A stretch of DNA of 64,000 nucleotides from Acidobacteriota bacterium (GCA_963664705.1 OY761556.1:6784001-6848000), one strand, 5' to 3'; shown: positions 1-11,450, counted from the first letter of the stretch. Numbers and translations are program-made. Notes: a model not told the origin generated them from the sequence alone.

Positions 1-646
1 TTAATGCCGTGGATTCGTCGACAGGAAGACTCATGGCCGCGACCTGGACCATCATCATTTCCGCGCCCGATATGCGGGGAGCATCATCCTTTCGAAGGCT
101 GTAGAGATCCCGCATTGCCTGCCGATTCTGGTTATGTTTATGGATGGATTCCGCAAGAGTCTGGTCGCTGATCCTGTTTCCGGTGAATTTTTCAAGGCTT
201 TGAATGAACAGCCGAAGGATATCATTCGTGAATTCGATCGATGGATCGTCTGTTACATGAGGGTAGTTTATAAAGTGCCAGTATTGGTAGCCCGCATCCT
301 GACTCCAGACATCAAAGGTCCTATCGATGCTGTCGCACTGATGCGATAAAACCATCCCATCGAGAAACGAGTATTTTCCTTTCAGTGCTGTGTCGAATGT
401 ATTCCGGACGAAAGGGCATACCATGGTTTCCATGTAGGCATCCGCTTTTGTGACCGGTTCCGATACATTGCCCTTCAGCCTGAGCGGAACTACCCCTGAC
501 GCGGTAAGGATTTCGACCGGGCAGAGCGCCGACAGATATCCGAGGACCTTCCTGCCGGATTCCTTCAATTCGCGAGCTCTCAACCCGTAGTTGGAGTAGT
601 ATTGCTCTGCTTTTGCCATTCCGCTTAAATGACTGTCTGCCATCAT
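1..646 (-). CDS. 2-hydroxyacyl-CoA dehydratase / benzoyl-CoA reductase subunit (BcrC/BzdN/HgdB family), runs off the window start
   Basis: Not in the ORF track because no stop lies in the window. Hand translation of the minus strand: MMADSHLSGMAKAEQYYSNYGLRARELKESGRKVLGYLSALCPVEILTASGVVPLRLKG...ADAYMETMVCPFVRNTFDTALKGKYSFLDGMVLSHQCDS. This matches the family N-terminus with its Fe-S Cys residues. A GAGGTG RBS precedes the ATG at 646. Confidence 0.8.
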   Translation of the reverse strand, partial: MMADSHLSGMAKAEQYYSNYGLRARELKESGRKVLGYLSALCPVEILTASGVVPLRLKGNVSEPVTKADAYMETMVCPFVRNTFDTALKGKYSFLDGMVLSHQCDSIDRTFDVWSQDAGYQYWHFINYPHVTDDPSIEFTNDILRLFIQSLEKFTGNRISDQTLAESIHKHNQNRQAMRDLYSLRKDDAPRISGAEMMMVQVAAMSLPVDESTAL

Positions 647-1003
647 CGCACCTCGCTGCTGATAAGTAATTCGCTTTATCGTGCCGGAAGCGACGAGAAT
701 AACACAAATGTTTGAATCCCGGGTATAAACAGTAAGCACAACCGGCATGTGTCACCGTGGGGCTGCTGAAGCAATAATGGCCTCGAATCTGCCACGAATT
801 TCATGCAACCCGCAGTTTGGGCCGGGTTTCCTGACTCTTCCGGCATTTCAAGCCTTGGAGCCTTAAAGATCGCGGCCATATAATGGGAAAAGCATCACGG
901 TGCTTCCCGATCTCTCATTCTGCTAAATAGATATTTCCGTGATGGATAGCACTCATTTTTGCCGAAATGTCTGAGAGGATCATGGTGTATGCGCCGAGGG
1001 ATC

Positions 1004-4000
1004 ATGGCCAAGAGGACTAAGGCAATCATTCTGGCTTTTCTGCTGCTGGGGACCGCGGCTGCTCTGCTGGTCTTTCGTGCGGAAAAGATCAGGGATCATT
1101 CTCAGCCGCAATCGCTGATCAGCATTCGCCGTTCAAACCTAACCTCCCTGATTGTCTATGATGGTCCCGACGAAGATAAATCCGAACTCATGACCTCGCG
1201 GTACATCGCGAATCTGCTGGGGCACTTTGGGATTAAGGCTGAAATAGTGGCCGCTACCCAATATGTTGCCGGGCAGGCCGGTTCCTTCAGCGCCACCTTT
1301 GTCATTGGTTCCGAGTACTACGGGGCCATGCCCGAGGTGCTGATTCAGGATATTGCCGCTTCCAGCAAGCCGGTGTGTTGGATCAATCGGAATATCGAGC
1401 AGCTGCTGGCTCTGCCGGGGATGAGAGAGAAGCTGGGTTTCCGTTTCGACGACTATGTGGAACTCGATGGGCCTGTCTCGGTGGCTTTCAAAGGGAAACT
1501 GCTGCCCAAAACGGAAGGGCTGATCAACCTTGTTTCCGTGCAGGATCGATCGAAAGCAGAAGTGCTGGCCGTTGCCCGGGCTTCGGATCAGTCCACTCCC
1601 TATGCCATCAAATCCGGCCAATTCTGGTATTTTGCAGACTCGATTTTTTCCTATACCGTGGAAGCCGACCGGTATCTGGTTTTTGCCGATGTTCTACATG
1701 ATATCCTGGGGCAGCCGCATAACGAGTCGCGATATGCTTTGGTACGGATCGAGGATGTGAATCCCGAGAGTTCCCCTGATCAGCTGCGTGGTGTCGCGGA
1801 TGTGCTGGCCTCCAGGCACATTCCTTTCCAGGTTTCGCTTATTCCTATTTACAAGAATCCGTCCCGCCGCGTGGAGACCTATCTCTCGGACCGGCCCCAG
1901 GTTGTTGAAGCGCTCCAATACATGGTGTCAAAGGGCGGCGCGATCATCCTGCATGGTGTGACCCACCAACTGCATGGCAATACCAGCGACGACTTCGAAT
2001 TCTGGGATTCGCTGGCGGATAAGCCCTCGCGCGACAGTTCGGGCGCCTCAATACTGCAGAAGCTGGAATTGGGAATGGACGAATGCTTTCGCGCGGGCCT
2101 GTTTCCGATTGCCTGGGAAACGCCACATTATGCGGCGTCGACGGTGCACTATCAGTCATTCCGCCAATTCTTCAGCCATGCCTATGACCGCAGGCTGGCG
2201 GCTGATAACAGGATGACCTTGCAGGAACTCCCGTATGAAACTGTGGATATCTATGGCCAGGCGATCATTCCGGAAAACCTCGGCTATGTGAATCTCGAGG
2301 CGCCCGACGCGACGGCCATTGTCGACGGAGCGGAGAGGATGCTGTGTGTGCGCGACGCGATTCCCTCGTTTTTCTTTCATCCATTTGTATCCACCGCGTA
2401 TCTCAAGACGGCCCTGGATGGAATCGTGCGGCAGGGATTTCGGTTTATTTCCGCGGAGGATTTCGGGTGCCGCGTCGCGGTCAACAATTATCTGGTCAGT
2501 ACCGTTCCCGGAACCTTCTCGCTTCCGGCCAATCAACCTTTCGCCCGCGTGGTCACCATTGATGCGAAAGGACAAACATCCGAAAAATATGAGCGCGTGA
2601 CGAAGGGGAAGGTTGTCGAAAGAAAAATCTCTCCGCCGCCCGGAGGACTCATTGCCATTCAGGATGTTCCGAAAGTGCCCGGACCCAAACCTCAGCCTTC
2701 TCTTGCGACTCGGTTGATGGCCTGGTGGAGCAATACCGATATCGAGTCGGTTCCCACGCCGCAACAGATCGCCAGGCGGGCAATGCTCCTGGTGGATTCC
2801 GGGTCCGGACTGGAACCCCGGGATACTCAAAGCTTTGAATCTTTTCTGCGCGTTTACGGGATCCGGTTTGAGCGCGTGTCGATAGCCGAATTCGAAAAAC
2901 AGGAACTGGGCGAGGACTGTGTTGTTTTTGTTCCGAACAGCATTGCCGGGATGCTCTCGAAGACAGGCCGGGAAAAATTGACAGGGTGGCTGCATGGTGG
3001 CGGGAGACTCGTGCTTGAAGGACGGAGTCGCCTTGCCGAGGAGATGGGGTTCAGCTACGAAAGACGGAAGCTGAATCTTGCAGATACAAAGGATGCGCTT
3101 TATCCCGATGTGGACATACATTGGAATCGCGTTGTTTCGATGGATCGATTTGAGCCGCCCCTGGTTTCGACAACGCTGGTGGAGGATAGCGAGAGCGGCA
3201 GGCCGGTTGCGGTGGCCTCCCGATATGGCGATGGACTGCTGATTTATCTTGGGGCGGAAATGGATCCGGAAACAGGGATGGGATACACCCGATACCCATA
3301 CCTCTTTCACCACCTGCGCAACCGAATGCGGCTGCTCTCGCCGGTTACGGCCAATGGAGTGGAATTCTACTTTGATCCCGGGTACCGTCAGCAGGCCCCT
3401 CTTGAAAAACTCATTACCTCGTGGCACGCGGATGGGATTCGAGCTGTTTATGCGGCCGCCTGGCATACTTACCCGAAATGGGAATACGACTATGACCTGT
3501 TGATTCGCCTGTGTCATGAACGCGGGATCGCCGTGTATGCATGGCTCGAATTGCCGCAGGTATCGGATCAAATGTGGCTGGCGCACCCGGAATGGCGTGA
3601 AAAGACGGTTACCGGCAAAGATGGGCAGGTGGGCTGGCGCAAGCAGATGAACCTTGCAAATAAAAAATGCCGGGCGGCAACGCTTGCCTTCATTGAGAAT
3701 TTGCTCGCGAAACATGATTGGGACGGTGTGAACATTGCAGAGGTGTCGTTTGACACCCGCGACGGACTTTTGGATCCTGATGGTTACGTGCCGATGAACA
3801 GGGATGTCCGGGATGAATTCCAGGCTCAATCCGGATTTGATCCAATTCTGCTTTTCGATAAGAGATCGGCATTTTCCTGGCAGAAGAACAATAAAGCGCT
3901 CGATCAATGGCAGCGATATCGAACACAGCTTTTGAGGCAATGGCTTGTCGATATCCTCGACCGCGTAAAAAGGGTTCGTGCCAGGCACAGTCTTGACTGC

Positions 4001-5092
4001 ATAGTTACATCCCTCGACAGCCTCCATACGCCTCGGATTACCGAGAAGACCGGTGCCGATACGCGCGATGTAGTGGCACTCATGGATTCCTTTGATTTTA
4101 CGCTGCAGATTGAAGATCCGATTGAAACCTGGGGAGCGTCCCCGAACCGCTACGACCGGTTTGCCGCAACCTATCGAAAACTGGTGAAGGATCCGCAGCG
4201 CCTGATGTTCGACATCAATGTCGTAACCGATCGGGAGAACGGGTTGGCTCCGACAAAACTGCCGGTAGGAACCGAAGTGGCTCTGGCGGTCTATTCGGCC
4301 GCGCAGGCAGGGAATGGAAGAGTTGCGGTTTATAGCGAGGCATCCCTGCAGCCCGAAGATCGGTCGCTTTTACAGTTCGTGCTGGGCAGTGCTGCCGACC
4401 TTTCCCTGAGACAGCAGGAAGCAATGGGCAAGGGGAGCACGGAGCGGCCATCGGTGGGAATCGCCGCGGAAAAGACGGTGCGTCTGTCGTTGGTGAATGA
4501 TGCCGGCGCGGACACACTCTATCTTGGGCCTGCCGGCGATTCCTCAAAAACCGGGACCAGCCTGGTGCGGGACCGCGAGAGCATGCTGTTGCTTGACGAT
4601 GAACCCTGGCAGTGTGGGAGGGAAGGTGAGGTTCTCATCCCTGCAGGTAAGCATGTTCTTGCCACGACAAAGCGTGACCGCGGGCTCGTGGATCAATTCG
4701 GGCTTGGGTTGTGGGTAAAAGATATCACGGCGGAGGTGGCCGGAGTTTCCCGGACCAACCTGGGAATCGCAATCGACTATGCGTCGCCCAGGAGAGCCTG
4801 GGCTGTCCTTACGCGTGAGCCGAATGCCGTGTACCTGGACGGGAAGCAACAGGCGAATCCGACCATCAACCGATATGGCAGTGAATTCCTCGTCCAGATC
4901 CCGTCGGGAAAGCACGTTGTTGAGATCAATGACGAGACGACGGCTTCCGTTGTCGTGGATGTGGCAAGTGCCGTTTCAGCGAAATCAGCAGTCTGGCTGG
5001 GTGGAAAGTTCGTTTTGTTCCTGGGAATTCTGTACGCGGTTGTGCGTACGCGACGCCTGATTCTGGTGCTGGCGGGCAAAGCAGGCCGTTAG
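1004..5092 (+). CDS. Large membrane-anchored polysaccharide-modifying protein: DUF2334/YdaL-like deacetylase fused to a glycoside-hydrolase-like TIM barrel
   Basis: N-terminal TM/signal segment. Deacetylase-type motifs RIEDV, HGVTH, WETPHY, FFFHP. The second half has GH-like motifs (AHPEWREK, WDGVNIAE) and a C-terminal TM. Start taken at MAKRTK (1004). Confidence 0.75.
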   Translation: MAKRTKAIILAFLLLGTAAALLVFRAEKIRDHSQPQSLISIRRSNLTSLIVYDGPDEDKSELMTSRYIANLLGHFGIKAEIVAATQYVAGQAGSFSATFVIGSEYYGAMPEVLIQDIAASSKPVCWINRNIEQLLALPGMREKLGFRFDDYVELDGPVSVAFKGKLLPKTEGLINLVSVQDRSKAEVLAVARASDQSTPYAIKSGQFWYFADSIFSYTVEADRYLVFADVLHDILGQPHNESRYALVRIEDVNPESSPDQLRGVADVLASRHIPFQVSLIPIYKNPSRRVETYLSDRPQVVEALQYMVSKGGAIILHGVTHQLHGNTSDDFEFWDSLADKPSRDSSGASILQKLELGMDECFRAGLFPIAWETPHYAASTVHYQSFRQFFSHAYDRRLAADNRMTLQELPYETVDIYGQAIIPENLGYVNLEAPDATAIVDGAERMLCVRDAIPSFFFHPFVSTAYLKTALDGIVRQGFRFISAEDFGCRVAVNNYLVSTVPGTFSLPANQPFARVVTIDAKGQTSEKYERVTKGKVVERKISPPPGGLIAIQDVPKVPGPKPQPSLATRLMAWWSNTDIESVPTPQQIARRAMLLVDSGSGLEPRDTQSFESFLRVYGIRFERVSIAEFEKQELGEDCVVFVPNSIAGMLSKTGREKLTGWLHGGGRLVLEGRSRLAEEMGFSYERRKLNLADTKDALYPDVDIHWNRVVSMDRFEPPLVSTTLVEDSESGRPVAVASRYGDGLLIYLGAEMDPETGMGYTRYPYLFHHLRNRMRLLSPVTANGVEFYFDPGYRQQAPLEKLITSWHADGIRAVYAAAWHTYPKWEYDYDLLIRLCHERGIAVYAWLELPQVSDQMWLAHPEWREKTVTGKDGQVGWRKQMNLANKKCRAATLAFIENLLAKHDWDGVNIAEVSFDTRDGLLDPDGYVPMNRDVRDEFQAQSGFDPILLFDKRSAFSWQKNNKALDQWQRYRTQLLRQWLVDILDRVKRVRARHSLDCIVTSLDSLHTPRITEKTGADTRDVVALMDSFDFTLQIEDPIETWGASPNRYDRFAATYRKLVKDPQRLMFDINVVTDRENGLAPTKLPVGTEVALAVYSAAQAGNGRVAVYSEASLQPEDRSLLQFVLGSAADLSLRQQEAMGKGSTERPSVGIAAEKTVRLSLVNDAGADTLYLGPAGDSSKTGTSLVRDRESMLLLDDEPWQCGREGEVLIPAGKHVLATTKRDRGLVDQFGLGLWVKDITAEVAGVSRTNLGIAIDYASPRRAWAVLTREPNAVYLDGKQQANPTINRYGSEFLVQIPSGKHVVEINDETTASVVVDVASAVSAKSAVWLGGKFVLFLGILYAVVRTRRLILVLAGKAGR

Positions 5093-5118
5093 GTTTCCCA
5101 GCCCTGCAGGCGCATTCA

Positions 5119-6390
5119 ATGAGGTTTCTGTTGAGTCAAGTATTTGTCGAAGCTCTTTTCGTGCTCAGCGTGATTCTGATCTGGTTCATGCTCGTCTACC
5201 AGTTCGTTCTCTTTGTCCTCGGCTTTCTGTATAGCCTGCGTGCCCGGCGCGACAAAGTGAGACTCTCGGTCGATGCCGGCGGCCTTCCCACGGTTTCGAT
5301 CCTGATTCCTGCCCACAATGAAGAGATGGTGCTCGACAATACTTTAAAGGCGATGACGTCCCTGAATTACCCGGCAGACCGCTTCGAAGTCATCGTGGTG
5401 AATGATGCCAGCAGCGATAAAACCGCCGAAATTGCCGATAGATGGGCTTCGGCTTATGCAAATGTGCGGGCCGTGCATTTGACCCAGGCTCAGCGTGTTG
5501 GCGGGAAAGCTGCGGCTTTGAATCGCGGCGTGACATACGCAAAATTCGAGAACATCGCCATCTATGATGCCGACAACACGCCGGAACCGGATGCCTTGAG
5601 GTATCTGGCGCTGCAGCTGAAAGCCCATCCTGACCTCGGCGCCGTCATCGGGACCTTTCGAACGGTAAACAGAAAAAGAAATCTGCTGACCAGGATGATC
5701 AACATTGAGGGACTTAGCTTTCAGTGGATTGTTCAGGCGGGCCGGTGGATGCTGATGCGGGTCTGTTCGTTGCCCGGAACAAACCTTGTAATCCGTCGCG
5801 TGCTGCTTGAATCGCTGGGCGGCTGGGATGAAAGCGCTTTAACGGAAGATGCAGAGCTGTCCATTCAGATTTATCAGGCAGGATACCAGATCAAATATGT
5901 TCCATACGCCGTCACCTGGGAGCAGGAACCGGAGCGGCTATCGACCTGGTTCCGACAGAGGGTGCGCTGGGTGCGCGGCAACAATTATGTTGTTGTGAAG
6001 CATGCCCGTGAATTGCTGAGGATGCGCCCGCGGAGACTAGGTGTCGAGTTGATGTATACCATGGCGCTCTACTATGTATTTTTCGCGGCCATCGTGCTTT
6101 CGGATATCTTCTTCATTCTGGGTTTGCTTGGGGTTTTTCGCATCGTTCTGCCTGGTCCCTATGACGAGGTCTGGATTTTAGCCTACCTTCTTTTTATCGG
6201 AGAAATCGTTCTGGCGCTCTCGAGAGAAAAAGGGGAGGATTCATTCCTCAATATCATTCTCGCCGCGCTTTCATATTTTACCTATTGTCAGCTTTGGATC
6301 CCGGTTGTGATCAAAGGCTTTTATGATGACTTTGTTCTCAGAAAGGCCCGGGTCTGGGCAAAAACCGAGAGATTCCAGGTCAACTCCTGA
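5119..6390 (+). CDS. Processive GT2 glycosyltransferase (YdaM/PgaC/IcaA-like polysaccharide synthase)
   Basis: Motifs IPAHNEE, VNDASSD, GGKAAALN, YDAD, TED and QRVRW (QxxRW); N- and C-terminal TM helices. Closely resembles Bacillus YdaM as recalled, including the C-terminal WxKTER. Confidence 0.9.
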   Translation: MRFLLSQVFVEALFVLSVILIWFMLVYQFVLFVLGFLYSLRARRDKVRLSVDAGGLPTVSILIPAHNEEMVLDNTLKAMTSLNYPADRFEVIVVNDASSDKTAEIADRWASAYANVRAVHLTQAQRVGGKAAALNRGVTYAKFENIAIYDADNTPEPDALRYLALQLKAHPDLGAVIGTFRTVNRKRNLLTRMINIEGLSFQWIVQAGRWMLMRVCSLPGTNLVIRRVLLESLGGWDESALTEDAELSIQIYQAGYQIKYVPYAVTWEQEPERLSTWFRQRVRWVRGNNYVVVKHARELLRMRPRRLGVELMYTMALYYVFFAAIVLSDIFFILGLLGVFRIVLPGPYDEVWILAYLLFIGEIVLALSREKGEDSFLNIILAALSYFTYCQLWIPVVIKGFYDDFVLRKARVWAKTERFQVNS

Positions 6391-6403
6391 AAGGATGATG
6401 GAC

Positions 6404-7180
6404 ATGGCGGATCGTGTGAGGCTCTTGTTGCTCTCTCTCCTGCTTTTGACTGCATTCACGGTCAACGTCGCCGCACAAATTTCCTCCGAGACCTTGACCG
6501 GCGCCTCTCCATGGCCCGTTTATGTATACGATACCGAAACCCTCGAGAAAGGGAATGTGATCCTTAGCGGCGTGGGCGGAATCGGTTTTCTCGCCGATGA
6601 CAGCAAGAGCTACTCGGTCTATTCAGGCCTGGATCTTGGGATAACGAACCGCTTTTTGGTTTCTGTCGCAGTTTCGGGTTCGGGTTCCGAAAGCAGCAGT
6701 TGGAAGATCGATAGCGGCGTTTTTCACGCAAAATACAAACTAATCGATCGGGATACTTTTGCTTTCGCCCTTGCCGGAAATCTCGAACGGCTTCCTTATA
6801 TGAAAGATGCGGGATATTCGGCCTACGACGGGCAGGTCATGGCTGTTGCGCAGAAGAGTATTGGGGGCTTTGCCGCCTATGGACAGATCGGCTACTCGAG
6901 CCGAAAACAGGCGTTCGAAGGTGCAGGAGCCCGGTACGACTTCTTCGGGAAGGCCATCGTTTCAGGCAACTTCTCCTATCGGCACGACGGGCAGTTTTAT
7001 GCGGGCATGCTGCCGGAGGATATCAGCGCCGTACGGGCAACTACCTATGCAACACTTTATGTTCCGATTGGCTCCCGCGTGGGATTGACCGGATCCGTCG
7101 GAAAGACACTGATGCCGATCAATCCCGCGGACTCCTCGATCATGTTTTGCACGTTTGGGCTGGGTGTAAGACTGCATTGA
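6404..7180 (+). CDS. Predicted outer-membrane beta-barrel protein
   Basis: Sec signal peptide (LLLLSLLLLTAFTVNVAA). Alternating aromatic/Gly beta-strand pattern; ends FGLGVRLH. Start could be 6395, 6398 or 6404. Confidence 0.6.
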   Translation: MADRVRLLLLSLLLLTAFTVNVAAQISSETLTGASPWPVYVYDTETLEKGNVILSGVGGIGFLADDSKSYSVYSGLDLGITNRFLVSVAVSGSGSESSSWKIDSGVFHAKYKLIDRDTFAFALAGNLERLPYMKDAGYSAYDGQVMAVAQKSIGGFAAYGQIGYSSRKQAFEGAGARYDFFGKAIVSGNFSYRHDGQFYAGMLPEDISAVRATTYATLYVPIGSRVGLTGSVGKTLMPINPADSSIMFCTFGLGVRLH

Positions 7181-7242
7181 TGTGAATGCTCCCGGTTTTA
7201 TGGCTGCCCGGGGCGCATGGCTCCGGCATGCGGCGAGATTGC

Positions 7243-8403
7243 ATGATGAAACCAATAAAGGTCTTTTCAGTGGTGGGGACGCGGCCCGAAGTCATCAAGA
7301 TGGCACCGGTGATACGGGTGCTCTCCAGGGATTCCCGTTTTGAGCATCGCGTGCTCGTCACCGCACAGCACCGCCAGATGCTGGACCAGATCCTCGCCGT
7401 GTTTTCCATTGTGCCGGATTTCGACCTGGGGCTGATGCGGCCGGATCAAAGCCTAGCCGGTTTTGCGTCGAGATCACTTTTGGCGCTCTCCGATCTATTT
7501 GCCCGCGAGAAGCCGAAATGCATCCTGGTGCAAGGGGACACCACTACTGTGATGACCGCAGCCCTCGCCGCTTTCTATAACGGTATTAAGGTGGGGCATG
7601 TGGAAGCCGGGTTGCGGTCGTTCGACCGGCTGAATCCCTTCCCGGAGGAAATTAATCGGAGAATTGCCGGCTGCATTGCGGATATTCACTTTGCTCCGAC
7701 AGAAGGCGCGCGCCAAAATCTTTTGAGGGAAGGGGTCCGGTCTGAGGACATCTTTGTCGCCGGAAATACCATTGTGGATGCTCTCCTGTCGGTTTCCCTC
7801 GAGAACTCCTTTGATACGGCTGCACTGTCCGGCATCGATTTCAGGTCCAACCGGGTTCTCCTGCTGACGGTCCACCGGCGCGAAAATCATGGAGATCGCC
7901 TGAAATCAATCTGCCGGGCAATAAAAAGCATCATCGCGAAATTCGACGACATCGTTATTGTCTATCCGGTTCATTTGAGTCCACACGTGCAAGGGCCCGT
8001 GCGTGAGGAGCTCGGGAAGGTCCCGCGGGTTTTGTTGGTCGACCCCCTTCCCTACGGAGACCTGCTCAGACTCCTGAAATGGTGTTATTTGGTTTTGACA
8101 GATTCCGGCGGCGTTCTGGAAGAGGCTCCATCCTTTCATAAACCCGCGCTGGTATTGCGCGAAGTCACCGAGCGGCCGGAGATTGTGGAGGCAGGGGGGG
8201 CGAAGGTGATTGGTTCGGAAGCGGGACGAATCCTGAGTGAAGTGTCTCTTCTGCTGAATGATCGCGCTGAATATGAACGAATGAGCCGTGTGCCAAATCC
8301 GTTCGGAGATGGGCATGCGGCGGAGCGGATTGTTGAAGCGGTCGCACAACGATTTCGGGCTGATGATCAGGCTGCGGGATCGGGCGGGCTATTACCTGAA
8401 TAA
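7243..8403 (+). CDS. wecB: UDP-N-acetylglucosamine 2-epimerase (non-hydrolysing)
   Basis: Motifs GTRPEVIKMAP, QHRQMLDQ, VQGDT, HVEAGLRS, PFPEEINR, HRREN, TDSGG, NPFGDG. Confidence 0.95.
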   Translation: MMKPIKVFSVVGTRPEVIKMAPVIRVLSRDSRFEHRVLVTAQHRQMLDQILAVFSIVPDFDLGLMRPDQSLAGFASRSLLALSDLFAREKPKCILVQGDTTTVMTAALAAFYNGIKVGHVEAGLRSFDRLNPFPEEINRRIAGCIADIHFAPTEGARQNLLREGVRSEDIFVAGNTIVDALLSVSLENSFDTAALSGIDFRSNRVLLLTVHRRENHGDRLKSICRAIKSIIAKFDDIVIVYPVHLSPHVQGPVREELGKVPRVLLVDPLPYGDLLRLLKWCYLVLTDSGGVLEEAPSFHKPALVLREVTERPEIVEAGGAKVIGSEAGRILSEVSLLLNDRAEYERMSRVPNPFGDGHAAERIVEAVAQRFRADDQAAGSGGLLPE

Positions 8404-8482
8404 TTTTGGAACCCCCAGCCGGAGGGGGCGTAATAGATAGTGCGTCACGACTGATTATTCCTCCTGAATGGAATTCCCGTTA

Positions 8483-8511
8483 TGGGGGCAGAAATAGCGA
8501 TTCTGCCCCCA
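8483..8511. terminator. Hairpin between convergent wecB and esterase genes
   Basis: TGGGGGCAGAA-N7-TTCTGCCCCCA perfect 11-bp inverted repeat. Confidence 0.55.
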
Positions 8512-8528
8512 CTTTCTGCCCCTGATAA

Positions 8529-9813
<1,285 letters not shown>

Positions 9814-9887
9814 CTACTGATTTACACAGTCGAGCAATACAATACCCGAAAAATGATCCAAGCTCTCCCATTTTTTGAGAAGCATAA

Positions 9888-9930
9888 TTTCGGATTCCAG
9901 ATTCCGGATTCCAGATTTCGGATTCCAGAT
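9888..9930. repeat. Tandem heptamer array (TTYCRGA)n
   Basis: TTTCGGA TTCCAGA TTCCGGA TTCCAGA TTTCGGA TTCCAGA in the intergenic region. Confidence 0.85.
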
Positions 9931-10006
9931 CCATACGATGGCTATTTCCGTTTCCAGTGTATACTGCGGTCCAACGCCATTATTTATATCCGGAGGTCTG
10001 TTGTCT

Positions 10007-11350
10007 ATGAAGCGTGCTTCGACCCTGGTTTCTCCAATACCTGAGGTTCAGGCTCCACCCTATCCCTCTGCCAGTTACGCATGGTACGTCGTCATCGTTC
10101 TTTATCTGGTCTATACATTCTCTTTTGTGGACCGGTCCATCACGATGTATCTCGTCGGGCCTATTCGCAGGGAATTCGCCATCAATGATTTTCAATTCAG
10201 CTTGATGCAGGGGATGGCATTTTCGCTCTTTTTTACGGTTATGGGGATCCCGGTCGGGCGTCTTGCTGACAGCAAAAGCCGCCGGATCCTGATTTTGGTG
10301 GGCGTTGCGGTGTGGAGCACCATGACAATTCTCTGCGGCAAGGCGGGCAATTATTGGGAGCTGTTTTTTGCTCGAATGGGGGTCGGGGTTGGGGAGGCGT
10401 GCCTGGCTCCTTGTGCTTACTCCATGATCTCCGATTATTTTCCCAGGGAAAAGCGAAGCCTCCCGATGAACATGTATTCTGCCAGTATTATGCTTGGTTC
10501 CGGGCTGGCCAATGTATTTGGCGGACTGGTTTCACAGTTTGCCTTGAACGGCGGATCCAGAACGATTTTCCTGATGGGCGAATTGAAACCCTGGCAGCTG
10601 TCCTTTGTGCTGGTCGGGCTGCCGGGGGCGTTGATGCTTTTGCTGATCGCGACCATCAAGGAGCCCTACAGACGCGAAAAACGCGGCGAAGCCAATGTGA
10701 CGGCCACGATTGCCCATCTGCGGATGCATTGGAAGACCTATGCATCGCTGATTGGCGGGACCACATTCGGCGCCATGACGAATGGGGCAATTTTGGGCTG
10801 GGTGCCCGCCTGGTTTGAGCGCAGGTTTGGGTGGCACCAGGCACAGGTAGGACCATATCTGGGTTTGGTCGTCTTTGTATTTGGAACGGCCGGCCTGAGT
10901 TTAGCCGGATATTTGTCCGGTAGATTGATCCGTTCGGGAAAGAAGGCTGTCTACATCAAACTGATGATCGCTTCCGAGTGCCTCGTCCTGATTCCTCTGA
11001 TTCTGGCTCACCTGGTCGATGAGCCCTATTGGGTCCTCTGCTGTATCGGCGCAATCATTTTCTTTACCGGTTTTCCCTCCGGCCTCGGACCTGCAACGCT
11101 GCAGTGGATCACGCCCAATGAGATGCGCGGCCAGATTACCGCTGCGTATCTGTTCGTGCTGAGTCTGATTTCCGGAACCGCTACTCCGGCCGCCGTGGGC
11201 TACCTTACATCCTATTACTTTATGGATGATAAGGCGGTTCGATCGTCCGCGGTCCTTGTTGGATCCGTTGCCGCCGTGCTTGGCGTAGTCTCTCTGCTCA
11301 TTGGTTTGCGTTCCTATGAGCGCAGCGCGGAGGCAGCCGGCAAAGCCTGA
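10007..11350 (+). CDS. MFS transporter (Spinster-like)
   Basis: About 12 TM segments; motifs FSFVDR, GRLADSKSRR, ARMGVGVGEA. GGAGG RBS before the ATG at 10007. Confidence 0.9.
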   Translation: MKRASTLVSPIPEVQAPPYPSASYAWYVVIVLYLVYTFSFVDRSITMYLVGPIRREFAINDFQFSLMQGMAFSLFFTVMGIPVGRLADSKSRRILILVGVAVWSTMTILCGKAGNYWELFFARMGVGVGEACLAPCAYSMISDYFPREKRSLPMNMYSASIMLGSGLANVFGGLVSQFALNGGSRTIFLMGELKPWQLSFVLVGLPGALMLLLIATIKEPYRREKRGEANVTATIAHLRMHWKTYASLIGGTTFGAMTNGAILGWVPAWFERRFGWHQAQVGPYLGLVVFVFGTAGLSLAGYLSGRLIRSGKKAVYIKLMIASECLVLIPLILAHLVDEPYWVLCCIGAIIFFTGFPSGLGPATLQWITPNEMRGQITAAYLFVLSLISGTATPAAVGYLTSYYFMDDKAVRSSAVLVGSVAAVLGVVSLLIGLRSYERSAEAAGKA

Positions 11351-11450
11351 TCTGCGTCGAAGTCTCTGGGATAAAAAGGGATTATTTATTCAACTTCGGG
11401 GCCATCCGATCCTTTTGCTGCTATTATTCCCACTGGATCGGGGAGGTGAC

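Noticed and set aside
134-879. Three short listed ORFs at the window start
   Set aside because: Alternative frames over or beside the real minus-strand gene that starts at 646.
2156-4027. 623-aa minus-strand ORF
   Set aside because: Antisense shadow of the DUF2334 fusion gene.
9888-9930. Possible CRISPR array (also considered for the other heptamer and REP clusters)
   Set aside because: No unique spacers between constant 25-40 bp repeats, and no cas genes.
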